Assembly (NCBI RefSeq): GCF_009914755.1 | Contig: NC_060929.1 | DNA length: 64,000 nucleotides | Origin: the human T2T-CHM13v2.0 reference genome, Homo sapiens | Direction: 5' to 3' (one strand) | Part shown: positions 14,100 through 29,344 of the stretch, piece by piece | Layout of the letters: every line of letters begins with the position of its first letter | How positions within the stretch are numbered: the first letter of the stretch is position 1 | Position numbers and translations under genes: made by a program | Notes under the pieces: model-generated | What the model was told of the DNA's origin: nothing | Database searches by the model: none | Seen by the model: only the letters and a program-made list of their open reading frames with translations

Positions 14100-14672
14100 A
14101 GCTTAGAAGAATTTTTCCTGTGCATTCACAACGTGGCTAACAACTTTGGTGGAAGAAGCCCTATCTCAGCCTATCTTGGCTTCTGACACATCTTCATTGC
14201 TAAGCTTACTCATTTCTAGCTTTTGCTTTAAAGCAAAAGACATGCAACTCTTCTTTTCACTTGAGTACTTAGAAGCCATTGTAGGGTTATTAATTGGCTT
14301 AATTTCAATGTTGTCATGTCTCAGGAAATAACGAGGCCTGATGACTGGAAGAAAGATGGGGAACAACTGCTCTGTGGAGGAGTCAGAAATAGTTGACTAT
14401 TCCAAATAGGTGAAATTCATAGTGATCCAAAGCAATTATAAAAGTGACATCCAAGATCACTGATCATATATTAACAGAACAGATATAACACTAATGAAAA
14501 AGTTTGAAATATTGCAAATTTACCAAAAAGACACAAAGTGAGCACATGCTGTTGAGAAAATAGGTTCATAGGCTTTCTTACAACAGTGTTGCCACAAATC
14601 TTCAATTTGCAAAAAAAATGCAATATCTGTGAAGCAAAATAAAGCAAAGTGCAATAAAATGAGGTATGCCTG
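14100..14672 (-). mobile_element. Tigger1 5' fragment (TIR plus transposase N-terminus)
   Basis: TIR CAGGCATACCTC on minus at 14661-14672; ORF 14166-14366 contains MASKYSSEKKSCMSFALKQKLEMSKLS, like the Tigger1 transposase start. Confidence 0.9.
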
Positions 14673-14870
14673 TGTACAACTCACTAGTAAAAGGAAGTAC
14701 ACAGTGGAATTCTGAATACTCTAATAATATAATGATAAGGGTATAAATCACTAATATCTTTAGTATGAAGGTTAAAAGATAAAACTACAATAATTTATTA
14801 AGGAATATGCACTATAAACAAACGTAAGTTATTATATCATGTATTCAAATTTGCAAGGGGGAGGAAGTGA

Positions 14871-15703
<833 letters not shown>

Positions 15704-18700
15704 AAGTAATGAGTAGTATTTATTTCCTTTTGTTTTTCTTTCATTTTGTGTGTGTGATCAAAATTAAGTTGTTATCTGCTTAATATAACCTTAATAAAAC
15801 CATAAGATGATTATGTAAGCCTCATTATAAACATGAAGCAAAAACCTATAATAGATACAATCAAAATGAAAAAGCAAGGAATGAAGCATACTCCTAGAGA
15901 AAGTCATTTGACCACAAAAGAAGGTAGTAAGAGAAGAATAAATGACTTAGAAAACAATTAACAAAATGGCAATAGTAAGACTTTACCTAGCAATAATTAC
16001 CTTGAGTGTAAATAGATTATATTATCCAATAAAATATATAGTGTGGCTGAATGAAATTTAAAAACATAGCCCAACTATATTCTGCCTATAAGAGACTCAC
16101 TTTACCTGTAAGGACACAGACTGACATGAAGTTGATGGAGAAAGATATTCCATGCAATGTAACCAAAAAGAGAAGGAATGGCTATACTAACATGAGACAA
16201 AATAGACTTTAATATAAAAATTGTAAAAAGTCACAGAGAAGGTCATTAAATAATGATAAGGGGATCAATTTAGCAAGGTAATATAACAATTATAATTATA
16301 TATGCCCCAATATCAGAGCACGTAAATATAAAAGTCAAATATTCATATATCTAAAAAGAGAGATAGAGTGCAATACAGTAAGAGTAGCAAACTTCTACAA
16401 CTCACTTTCATCAATGGACACATCATCCAGACAGGAAATCAACAACATACGAGATAGATTTAAATTACACTCCAGACCAAAAGGACCTAATAGGCATTGA
16501 CAGAACATACTATTCAACAGCTACAAAATACACAATTTTCTCAACTGCACAGAGAACATCCTCTAGGAGAGATCATATGTTAAGCTACAAAACAATTCTT
16601 AATGAATTTAAGATCAAAATAAGATATACTTTCTTTTCTGATCACAATTGTTTAATACTAGAAATTAACAAGATAAACCTCAGAAACGTTACAAATATAT
16701 GAAAATTAAAATACAGACTGCTGAACAACTAATGTGTAAGTGAAGAAATTGAAAGGAAAATTAAAAAAAACAAGACAAAGATAAAAACACAGGATACTAA
16801 AACCTATGAGATACAGCAAAAGCTATTCTTTTAGGAAAGTTTATAGCAATAAATACCTACATTGAAAAAGGAGAGGTATCAAATAAAGAAACCTAACATT
16901 GCACCTCAAGTAACTAGAAAAACAGGAACAAACTAAACCCAAAGTTAGCGAAGGGGAAAAAAATAGAAATCAGAACAAAAATAAATTAAATAGAGAGTAA
17001 AAAAATACCAAAGAGTAATAAGGGTTGTTTCTTTTAAAAATGGTAAATAAAATTAACAAACTGTATCTGGACTAATTTTAAACAATGAGAAGTCCCACAT
17101 AAATGAAATTAAAGATAAAAAAGATTATATTACAACTGATACCACAGAAATACAGAAAATCATAAAAGACTATTATGAACAACTATATTTTACCAAATTG
17201 GAAAACCTAGAAGAAATAAATGAATTCATGGACACATACAACCTACCAAAGTTGAATCAAGAAGAAATAAAATCTAAGCATACCATTAATGAGTAATGAG
17301 ATTAAATTAGTAACAAAATGTCTCCCCTCAAAGAAAAGCTCAGGACCTAAAGGCTTCACTACCGAATTCTACCAAATATTTAAGAGGAGCCAATACTAAT
17401 TCTTTCTAAACTTTTCCAAAAAATTGAAGAGGAGGAAACTTTTCCAAATTTATTCCCGGAGATCAGTGTTATACTGATAATAAAACCGGAGAAGGAACAA
17501 AACAAAACAAAACAAAAAGCCTACAGGCCAATCTCTTTGATAAACATAGATGAAAAAATCTTTAACAAAATACTAGCAAATCAAATTTAATAGCACATTA
17601 AAAAGTTCATTCACTGTGATAAGGTAGGATATATCCCAGGAGGGCAAAAATGGTTCAACATACACAAATCAATAAATGTGATACATCATATTAACAAAAT
17701 GAAGAATAAAATAAAAATGATCATTTTAATAGACATAAAATATTTGATAAAATTTAACAGTCTTTCTTCATAAAAACCCTCAACAAACTAGGTACAGAAG
17801 AAACATACCTCAAGATATTAAAAGTCACATATGACAAATCCACAGCTAACAGCATACTGAACAGGGAACAGCAGCAATCTTTTCCTGTAAGACCTGAAAC
17901 AAAGCCTAGTTTCAGCAGTTTTATTCAACACAGCACTGGAAGTCCAAGCCAGAGAAATAAGGCAAGATAAAAAGATAAAATGCATCTAAGTTAAAAAAGG
18001 AGGAAGTCAAATTTTACCTCTTTGCAGACAACATGATTTTATACAGAGAAAACCCTAGGGACTCTACCAAAAAAAGTGTTACAACCAATAAACCAATTCA
18101 ATAAAGTTGCAGGTTACAATAGCAACATACAAAATTTAGTAGCATTTTTACATGCTAATAGCTAACTATCTGAAAAAAAAATAGTCAAGAAAACAATTCT
18201 GTTTACAATAGCTACAAAATAAAATGAGTTACCTATGTTTAAATTTAACCAAGGAGATAAAAGATCTCTACAACAAAAACTATATATTGTGGATGAAAAA
18301 TTTGAAGAAGACACAAATTAATGGGAATATATCTCGAGTTCATTAATTGGAAGAATTAACATTATTAAAATGTCCATACTACCCAAAGCAATCTATAGAT
18401 GCAATGAAAATTACTATTTAAATATTAATGGTAATTTTTTACAGAAATGAAAACACTATTTTAAAATTCTATAGAATCAGAATACTATTCCCTGAACGAC
18501 CAAAGCAATTTTGAGAGCCAAGCAAACAAACAAAAAACCTGAAAGCATCACACTGCCTGACTTCAAAATATACTACAAAGCTATGGTGAACAAAAGAGCA
18601 TGATAATGGCATAAAAATAGGCACATAGACCTATGACACAGAATAGAGAACACAGAAATAAATCCACTCAATAATACCCAATTGACTTTTGACAAAGATA

Positions 18701-20766
18701 TCAAGAACGTACGTTAGGGAAAGTATAGTCTCTTCACTAAATAGTGCTGAGAAAACTGGATATCTGTATGCAAAGGAATAAAGCTTGACCTCTATCTCTT
18801 GCCATATACGAAATTCAACTAAAAATCGATTAAATACTTAAATGTAAGACCCAAAGCAATAAAACATTAGAAAAAGAAAACACTCCATAATATTGGTGCT
18901 GGAAAAGAATTTAGAGATGTCAAAAGCACAAACAACAAAAGCAAAAATAGGAAAATGAAACTGCATCAAACTAACAAATTTCTGCACAACAAAAGAAAAA
19001 ACAGGATGAAGAGAAAATTTACGAATGGGAGAAAATATTTACAAACTATACTTCTGACAGAGGTTTTATTTTCAAAATAAAACTCAAACACCTCAAGAGC
19101 AAAACAAAAACAATTAAAAAATAAGCAAGAGATATAAACAAATTTGTCTCAAAAATATGTCTCAAAAAATGTCTAAAAATGACCAACAGGTATACGAAAA
19201 AATGCTCAGTGTCGCTAATCATCAAGGAAATAGAAATCAAAACCACAGTCACACCCCAATTAGAATGTCTATTACCAAAAGACAAAAAATAACAAATGTT
19301 GGTGTAGATATGGAGAAAGAAGAACTCTTACACATTTTTGATGGGAATGTAAATTAATATAGCCATTATAGTAAAAAGTAGGGATATTCCTGAAAAATTA
19401 CAAACAGAACTACCAAATAATCCAGGAACAATCCTACTATTGGGTAGATATCCAAAAGAAATGCAATTAATATGTCAAAGAGAAATTTTCACTCCCATGT
19501 TTATTGCCGCACTGGTTATGATAGCCAAGTTACGGAATTAACCTGTTAATTAGATAAAGAAAATGTGGTATATACACAACAGAATACTATTCAGAGATAA
19601 AAACGCATGAAATTATGTCATCTGCAGTAACGTCGATGAGACTGGAGGACATTATGTTAAGTGAAATAAGCGAGGCACAGAAAGACAAACACCACATAAT
19701 TTCACTTATAGGTGAGATGTAAAAAAGCTGATCTCATAGAAGTAATAGTGGTTACTAGAGAGTGAGGAGAGTAGGGAGGATTGGGGGATAAAGAGATTGG
19801 TCAACAGGTACAGAGTTACAGTTAGATCTGATGAACAAGTTCTGGTATTCTATTGTACATTCAGGTAACTGTGCTTAACAATATTGTACTGTACACAACA
19901 TTGATTTCCTGTCTTTCATTTGCCATGGATGTCCATGTGTGAGTCCAATGTTGATTTCTCCAGTGTTACCAGGACAAGCGATTTCAGGAACCAGTACTCT
20001 GATTAGAAAGGTAATTAGAGATTCATAGTTAATGCCCTCATTTTGTTGGTTTCAGTTGCACAGATTATTTTTGTAGAAGCCCATCATCAAACAAAGGCTA
20101 ATATTTCTTCTATTTCAGTAAGCAAAGTATGTGGAAAATTGAACTGTGTTTGGAAAATCAGACAGTGAGATATATAGGATGACCAATTTTATCTTTACTG
20201 AGATGTTTTCCAGGCTTTCTTTGACTTCACAACAAGGGCCCTTTCTCCATTTACAAAGGTAGAGTAGAGCTGCTCTTCTGGATACCTGGATAGCTGTTAA
20301 ACTATTGTTTGATCTGCTTGTATGCAATCCATTTGCAGCAATTGAAACCACTACTATTATGTATTTCCTCTGTGCTTTTATAAAAGATTTTCAGTCTTTT
20401 AAAGCTAAAGAAAGTAAGTGAATAAATTGTATCTGGGAAGTATCTGAAAATAGTGTGAAGCTGGAGTTTTTAAACATATACCAGCTCAACATGAGGCTTG
20501 GGATTTTATAGAATGGTTTGTCATTTATACTTCTTTAACCACTCAACATTTTGATTTTTAATGATAATAACATGTGTATTTTTATGCTAAGGTTACTAGT
20601 ACTACTAACAACATTACAAAAAATAGCAGAAAAATTCTGCTTTCTCAATTTGTAAGCCAGAAGCCAATATATTAAGTAGAAGAATACAATGTTAAATATA
20701 ATGACAGTACATTTCAGGTAGCCAAAACGCATTATTGTTTCTATCTGTTGGGGTGTGTTACAGGTG

Positions 20767-20843
<77 letters not shown>

Positions 20844-20848
20844 TATAT
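20767..20848. repeat. (TA)n microsatellite
   Basis: ~80 bp of TA with a few CA interruptions. Confidence 0.95.
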
Positions 20849-22113
20849 AATGAGATCCACTGTATTGTTTTATTACAGATTTATTTATTTTCCTCTCAAA
20901 TGTTAACTTATTTTTATTTATCAAGAAGTGAATAGGAGAAGTAAAATTAAAAAAACAAAATAGAAATGGAACAAGAAGAACAAATACCAAACACAAGTTA
21001 TGTTGGATAGAATTTACATTAAATCATTCTTAATAATTTTACTTTTCTACTTAATAATTTGCAAGAATATTAAATAAAATACCATACTTTTAAAATAATT
21101 TATATATTACTTTATAAATTACCTTAAAATTATTTAAAATTGAGAAGGTGCATAATCTGTATTTGCCAAACAGAACTAAAATTAATACAGTTTCTGAATT
21201 TCAATGACTCGTTGCTAAGTATTAACTAGCACTATCATCCTTGTTATGTAATTAAAATTGTATGTTCGAACAATCTCGTGTTTTTATGGCTATCTAATTA
21301 AATTTATTTAGTTCATGATCTGATGCCTTATGTTTTATTATACATTTTTTGGAGTTTTCTCTTTTTTCTCCGATACGCATGGAACATTTTTACTGTTTGC
21401 TTTTAGATTACTTTGAAAAAAAAAATTCCTGTATTTGTACTGTAGTAAAATTATTTTGGTAAAACTATTGAAATGATGTGTTGACTTATTTCATTACACC
21501 ATAATTATGTAAAAATCATCTATAGCAGAAAAAGACATTAAAAAATCCTTTATTGTAATATACAATATCGAGCTATCAATGTAGAAAAACCTTGAAAAGA
21601 CAGCAATACTCAAAGAAACCACAGGACAACACAGAATAAGAGGAACACTACTGCCCCCAAGTGCCTGATTGGAGATTGATGATGCCAATGCCTCTTGGGG
21701 ATAGAAAATAACTGTACAGCTCAATCCTGCTTTATAGTCATGAAGAATTATTTCATTATATAATTTCTTATTACTGTCTTGGCTTGTTTAGTGCTTCTTT
21801 AAATCCTGTATTAAAATGGCAAAATTGGGATTCATTTATAATTTGTTATCTATTTTTTATTCCATGGGAAAGTTAAAAGGGAAGATCAACATCTTGTCGT
21901 TCTGAATTTGCCAGCATCATATTTGCCCACAACTGTAACTTTGAGAAAGAAGATTGGAATTAAAACAGATAAGATCTAATCACATGTTTATCACTCAATG
22001 CTTGATCCTCTGCAGATTATGTAACTAGCAAAGACTTCATATTTTCCTTATTTCTAATTCTATAGCACAATTTTATTTTGAATAGGATGTGTAGTTATAA
22101 TGTGATTGATTAA

Positions 22114-22437
<324 letters not shown>

Positions 22438-22531
22438 TAAGTAAACATCATTGGAAGATTTCCTTATCTTATTCTCCAACATTTGTGCATGCTATGAGTT
22501 ATGGAGCAACCGTCTAACTACACACATAGAG

Positions 22532-23092
22532 TGTGAGGGTTAATATTAAGTGTCAACTTGATTGGACTTAAGGATGCAAAGTATTGATCCTGGGTGTGTC
22601 TGTGAGATTGCCAAAGGAGATTAACATTTGAGTCAGTGGACTGGGAAAGACAGACGTACCCTCTATTTGGGTGGATGCCATCTAATCAACTCCCAGCGGG
22701 GCTAGAATAAGGCAGGCACAAGAAGTGGGAGAAGCCAGCTTGCTGAGTCTTCTGGCCTTCATCTTTCCCGCGTTGGATGCTTCCTGCCCTCAAACATCAG
22801 ACTCAGAGTTCTTCAGGTTTTGGACTCTGGGACTTACATTTGGACTCTCCGACTTACACCAGTGGTTTGCCAGGGACTCTCAGGCCTTCGACCACAGACA
22901 GAAGGCTGCACCGTTGGCTTCCCTACTTTTGAGGTTTTGGGACTGGGACTGGCTTCCTTGCTGCTCAGCTTGCAGATGGCCTGTTGCGGAAAATCACCTT
23001 GTGATCATGAGTCAATACTCCTTAATAAACTCCCCATCGTATATCCATCTACCCTGTTTGTTCTGTCCCTCTAGAGAACCCTGACTAATACA
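22532..23092 (+). mobile_element. Solo ERVL LTR, MLT2A2-like
   Basis: TGTGAGGGTTAATATTAAGTGTCAACTTGATTGG...CCCTGACTAATACA; perfect 5-bp TSD TAGAG. Confidence 0.92.
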
Positions 23093-23819
23093 TAGAGGAA
23101 AGAAATGTTTCAAGTAATTTGGAACATAGTGTTTTGACTTATATTCTTCATATAATATTTTTTCCTTTTTTATAAAATATTTTTAAAATATAAAAGTGTC
23201 TTATACGTTATTTATAGTATAAGTTGATTTATAGTACAGGCTTATTTATAGTAGTGACATTCATATTGCAATGTTTAAACTATTATATATAGAAACATAC
23301 AAATTTATATGTATTTCCTTATATGAAAATAAACATTTATATTATAGAATGTGTATGTAATATATTATTGTAAATAGGACTCACTCTTTTCATTGTTCTT
23401 ATAGAATGTAGAGACAAATATAAAATAAAAGTAATTATTTTCATTTAGGACAAAGTCCTATAATTTGAATTGCACATTTTCATAAAATCATACCTTTAGG
23501 TCTAAAAGCAATGCCACTTCAGCAATAATTATAAAGCCAGCATCCAGATCATTGTGTTTAGATACCATTGTCTTTAAATATCATGTGTTTATACTTCATT
23601 TGTATTTAAATGTCATTACCTACTAAGAAGAATCACATACCTCTGGAGAAATGGTTGATGCCAAGTCTGAGCAGAAAAAGTACAACATTAATCTGGATCT
23701 CTTATTCTTCCAGGATGTAAACAAATAAACAAAACAAACAAAAGTAATGGTAATGTCAAAAGCACACAGGGGCAAGTTTAAAGTGGTTCTCACAGTACAC
23801 ATTTGGGATATTTTTAGCA

Positions 23820-24640
23820 TCAAAGGAATAATGATGTGATTAACACATGGAAATAAAGAAGTTTGTGAATCTATAGTGACATGATTTACAGAGTAGTAGC
23901 TGCTAATAAATACAGCAGGAAAACTTAGAAATCATCATTTTACAGCCCTCAGTGTAGTCATAAATTAAGGTGAGGCTCATCTATGAAGCTAAAAATTAAC
24001 AGTAGAAAAAGTATTAAGGAATAAGTCATTTTATGTTTTCAAATTATGACCTGATGTATTAATTAGCAATTAAAAATGAATAACAGACATTTATAATGGG
24101 TAGACCTAGTAGTCATTAACCAAGTGATAAAAAAAAAATCATCTCTAAGGATAAGACGAAAGAACATTTAGTGCCTCCTGACATAACATGGTATGAAGTA
24201 GACATCTTCACTTATGAAGAGTTCTTACCAGTCAATGTATCTGGAATGTAGCCAAGTCTCTAGACTTAACTTGGATTTTTCAGGGGCAGAAGAACACATG
24301 AAATAACATAAGAACGCAATCAAACAAATCCAGAGCCTATTACTTTCTACATGAAAAGTGACTTAGTTTTTTTCAAAAATCAATGTTTTGAAACATCGAC
24401 AACAACAGCTGGGTATATTGTTCAATGTTGTAAGTGACAAAAATCGACACTAAAAACACAGCGAAAATTGTAACAAGAAAGGCTGGATTAGATTGCAGTT
24501 TGTAAAACAAAATAGCTAGGAAATATTTTTGAGACTTTTGAATATGAACTGTGTATTACATTACATTTTAGGATGATTGTTAATTCTATTAGAAAAAATA
24601 ATGGTGCTACTGCTTTGTAAGAAACTACCAGATACTACAC
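23820..24640 (+). mobile_element. Old L1MC/ME 3' UTR fragments
   Basis: Degenerate motifs such as TTAACCAAGTGATAAA, TTTGAATATGAACTGTGTATTA and ATAATGGTGCT. Confidence 0.45.
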
Positions 24641-24960
24641 ATACATAGATATTTGGTCATGCACTGCATAACAATGTTTTGGTCAATGGAAGACCACATA
24701 AATGGGACAGTGGTCTTACAAGATTATAATGGAGCTAAAAAAAATTCCATATCCCCTAGTGATGTCGTAGCTGTCATAACGTCATAGCACAACACATTTC
24801 TGATGTGTTTCTGGTGATGCTGTTGCAAGCAAACCTACTGTACCACCAGTGGTATAAAAGTCTAACAATACAATTATGCATAGTACATGACGCTTCATTA
24901 TAATAATAAATAAAGATATTACTGGGTTACGTATTTGTTATTACCATACTTTCGCAGTGA

Positions 24961-25370
<410 letters not shown>

Positions 25371-25674
25371 AAGCGTTGTTATCATTGGTGATGACGGTGC
25401 CATACGTATTATTGCTCCTGAAGACCTTCCAGTGGGACAAGAGGGAGAGGGGGAAGGCAGCGATATTGATAGTTCTAATTCCATATAGGCTTAAGCTAAT
25501 GTGTGTGTTTGTGTCTTAGCTTTTAACCAAAAAGTTTACAAAGTAAAAATCTCTTTAAAAAATTAAAAATAGACAAAAAGCTTATAGAATAAGGATATAA
25601 AAATGTTTTTGTACGGTTGTAAAACGTGTTTGTGTTTTAAACTGTGTTATTACAAGAATTAAAAGGTTAAAATA

Positions 25675-25966
25675 GGCTGAGCATGGTGGCACACGCCTGT
25701 AATCTCAGCACTTTGAGAGGCCGAGGCGGGCATATTACCTGAGGTCAGGAGTTCAAGACCAGCCTGGCCAACATGGCGAAACCTTGTCTCTACTAAGCAT
25801 ACAAACAATTAGCTGGGCATAGTGACAGGCTCCTGTAATCCCAGCTACCGAGGAGGCTGAAGCAGGAGAATCACTTGACCCCAGGAGGCAGAGGTCACGG
25901 TGACCCCAGATGCACCACTGCACTCCAGCCTGGGGGATAGAGTGAGACTCTGTCTCAAAAAAAAAA
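25675..25966 (+). mobile_element. AluS
   Basis: Full dimer, A tail, TSD core GTTAAAATA. Confidence 0.95.
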
Positions 25967-27144
25967 GAAGTTAAAATAAAATCGAAAAGTTTATAAAGTA
26001 AAATTTCACAGTAAGTAAAGGTTAATTTATTATTAAGAAAAATATATTTTTTCTAAAATTTACTGTAGCCTAAGTGTACTGTGTTTATAAAGTCTACAAT
26101 AGTTACAATAATTTCCTAGGACTTCACATTCACCAACCTCTTACTGACACCCAGAGCAACTGCCTGTACTGCAAGCTCCATTAGTGGTAAGTTTCCTATA
26201 TAAATGTACTATTTTTTATCTTTCATACCATATTTGACTGTACCTTTTCAATATTTAGATATGCTTGGATTCACACATGCTTACAATTGTTTCACAATTT
26301 ATTAAAGTAACATGCTATACAGGTTTGTAGCTTAGAAGCAATAGTCCGTACCATATACCTTAGGTGTGTAGTGGACTATACCAGCTAGTCTATACCATCG
26401 TCATTCTGTGATGTTCGCACAATGACAAAATCACCTAACAATCCATTTCTTAGAATGTATCACTGCTGTTAAGATGTATGACTAGAGGGAGGGAGAGAGA
26501 GAGGGAGAGAGAATGCACACTTATAACGTATTATTAAACTTTTATAGAATAAATATTTCAATGTCGAAAGATTACAAAATAATTCTCATTATTTCAGAAA
26601 TTTAATATGCAATGTATGCTTTTGATTTCTGTGGAAATAAAGGTTGAATATGTATCATTTAGATAAATAGCACCAAATTCCATTTGGCAATGTTGTAATA
26701 GACTGGCTAACCACAGTAAAAACAACAGGTTATACTATTCTGAAATCTTTGATACAGTAGGATGGTGATATTAAAAATAGTTACACTGTATTTTCTTTGT
26801 TCTTTACAATTCAGTATCAGAAAAACAAATTTAGTAAATAGTTCTGTTCATATAATGGACACAAATAAGTGGGGAAATAATACCAGTCTTTAGAGACTTT
26901 GGAAAAAAGGTAAAGAATGCAAAGGATGCCAAAGTTTCTTTTTCAGCATGAAGGTGAAATACATACAAATAATCAAAATATGAGTTAAATAATATCATAA
27001 ATATTGCATTGAATATAATTAATTAATGAAATATTTCCAACAACTCAGGCATTTTTTTTCAAAATCAAGTACAAAATTATTTTCAAAGCCTTTTAAAATG
27101 TTGTCATAAAATTACTTCAATCATTTTAAAGTTTTTCTTTTTTA

Positions 27145-27829
27145 TCCTGACACAAAAGCCATACAAGGACACTGTAAATAAAAAAATAAAATGATACCAA
27201 TTTTCCTAATGACCATAGATGCAAAAATCCTCAACAAAATGGTAGCAAACTGAATTCAACAGCATATTTAAACGTTCATTCACCACTACAAAGTGGGATA
27301 TATCCATGGGGTGCAAGGATATTTTTACATATACAAATCTATAAACATCATACATCAAATTAACAGAATGAAAAACAAAAAGCATATGGTCATCATTATC
27401 AATTCAGGAAAATTATTTGACAAAATCTAACATCCTTTCATGGTAAAACCTCTCAAACATTAGGCACAGAACGAATGTACCTCAACAAAACAAAGGCTAT
27501 GCATAACAAGCCCACAGCTAATATCATACTCTTTGGTAAAAAGGTGAAAGCTTTATCTCTAAGATGAGAAATAAGGCAAGGATAACCTCTCTGAACACTT
27601 CTATTCAATACAGTACTAAATATCACAGGCACAAAAATTAGGCAAGAGAAATAAATAAAAGGCATTCAAATAGGAAAGGAAGAAGCAAAATTGTCCATGT
27701 TCTGACAACATGATCTTATATAGAGAACATTATAAACATCACATTAAAAAACTATTAGAACTGATACGCAAATTCAGCAAAGTTGCAGAATAAAAATATG
27801 CAAAATAAATAGTGTTTCTATATACTAAC
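27145..27829 (+). mobile_element. L1M ORF2 (RT region) fragment
   Basis: ATAGATGCAAAAATCCTCAACAAAAT, CCCACAGCTAATATCATACTC, GACAACATGATCTTATAT. Confidence 0.9.
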
Positions 27830-28182
27830 TTATGTGGTTTGGCTGTGTCCCCACCCAAATCTCATATTGAATTTAAACTCCCATATTTTCTACATTTTGT
27901 GAGAGGGACACACTGGGAGATAATTGAATCATGGGGACAGTTTTCCCCATATTATTCCCATGGTAGAGAATAAGTCTGATGAGATCTGCTGGTTTTGTAA
28001 GGAGTAACCCCTTTTGCTTGGCTCTCATACCTGCCTCTATGTAAGGTGTGCCTTTCACCTTCTGCCATGATTGTGAGGCTTCCTCAGCCACATAGAACTG
28101 TGAGTCCATTATACCTCTTTTTCTTTTAAATTACCCAGTCTTGGGTATGTCTTTATTAGCAGCATGAGGACAGACCAATACA
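27830..28182 (+). mobile_element. THE1 LTR (THE1C-like), 5' LTR of a truncated provirus
   Basis: GGTTTGGCTGTGTCCCCACCCAAATCTCA...CAGACCAATACA followed directly by internal GTAAATTGGTAC. Confidence 0.92.
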
Positions 28183-29316
28183 GTAAATTGGTACAGGGAG
28201 TGGGGTGCTACTGTAAAGATACCCAAAAATGTGGAAGTGACTTTGGAACTGGGTAACAGGTAGAGGATGGAGCAGTTTGGAGGGCTCAGAAGAAGACAGA
28301 AAAATGTGGGAAAGTTTGGAACCTCCTAGAAACTTGTTAAACGGCTTTGACCAAAATGCTGATAAAGATATGGACAATGAAATCCAGGCTGAGGTGGTCT
28401 CAGATGGAGATGAGGAACTTTTTGGGAACTGGAGTTAAGATGACTCTTGCTATGTTTTATCAAAAAGACTGGTGGCATTTTGACCCTTCCCTAGAGATTT
28501 GTAGAACTTTGAACTTGACAGAGATGATTTAGGGTATCTGGCAGAAGAAACTTTTAAGCAGCAAAGCGTTCAAGAGTTGACTTGGGTGTTGTCAAAACTA
28601 TTCACTTTAAAAAGGGAAACAGAGTGTAAAAGTTTGGAAGATTTGCAGCCTGATTATGCCATAGGAAAGAAAAACCCATTTTCTGAAGAGGAATTCAAGC
28701 CAGCTGCAGAAATCTGCATAGGTAATGAGAAGCCAAATGTTAAATACCAAACCAATAGGCAAAATTTCTCTAGGGCATATTAGAGATCTTTGAGGAAGTG
28801 CCTCCCATCACAGGCCTAAAGGCTTAGGAGGAATAATGGTTTAATGGGTTGGGCCCAGGGTCCCCGTGCTGTGTGCAGCCAAGGGACTTGGTATCCTGCA
28901 TCCTAGCTGCTCTAGCCATGAATAAAAGGGGCCAAGGTAAATCTCGGGCCATTGCTTCAGAGGGTGCAGGCCCCAGACCTTGGCAGCATCCAAGAGGTGT
29001 TGAGGCTGGGAGTGCACAGTAGTTAAGAATTGAGGTTTGGGAACTTCCACCTAGATTTTAGAGGATGTATGGAAATGCCTGGATGTCCAGGCAGAAGTTT
29101 GCTGCAGGGGCAGGGCACTCATGGAGAATCTCTGCTAGGGCAGTGCAAAAGGGAAATGTTGGGTGGAAGCCCCAACACAGGACACTACCTAGTGGAGCTG
29201 TGGGAAGAGGTACGTCATCCTCCAGACTCCAGAATGGTACATCCACCAACAGCTTGTGCTGTGCACCTGGAAAAGCTGCAAACAATGCCAGCCTGTGAGA
29301 GCAGCCAGGAGGAAGT
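28183..29316 (+). mobile_element. THE1 internal region, 3'-truncated
   Basis: GATACCCAAAAATGTGGAAGTGACTTTGGAACTGGGTAACAGG and following MaLR internal sequence; no 3' LTR. Confidence 0.92.
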
Positions 29317-29344
29317 CCTACTTTGGTGGACTGTTGTCGTACTA

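Noticed and set aside
20535-20996. Longest ORF in the window (153 aa), and the ORFs at 51077 and 51203
   Set aside because: They are kept open by stop-free (TA)n/(TG)n microsatellites.
23205-23255. Three ~17-bp TTATTTATAGTA tandem units
   Set aside because: A short, degenerate AT-rich minisatellite with no unique spacers.
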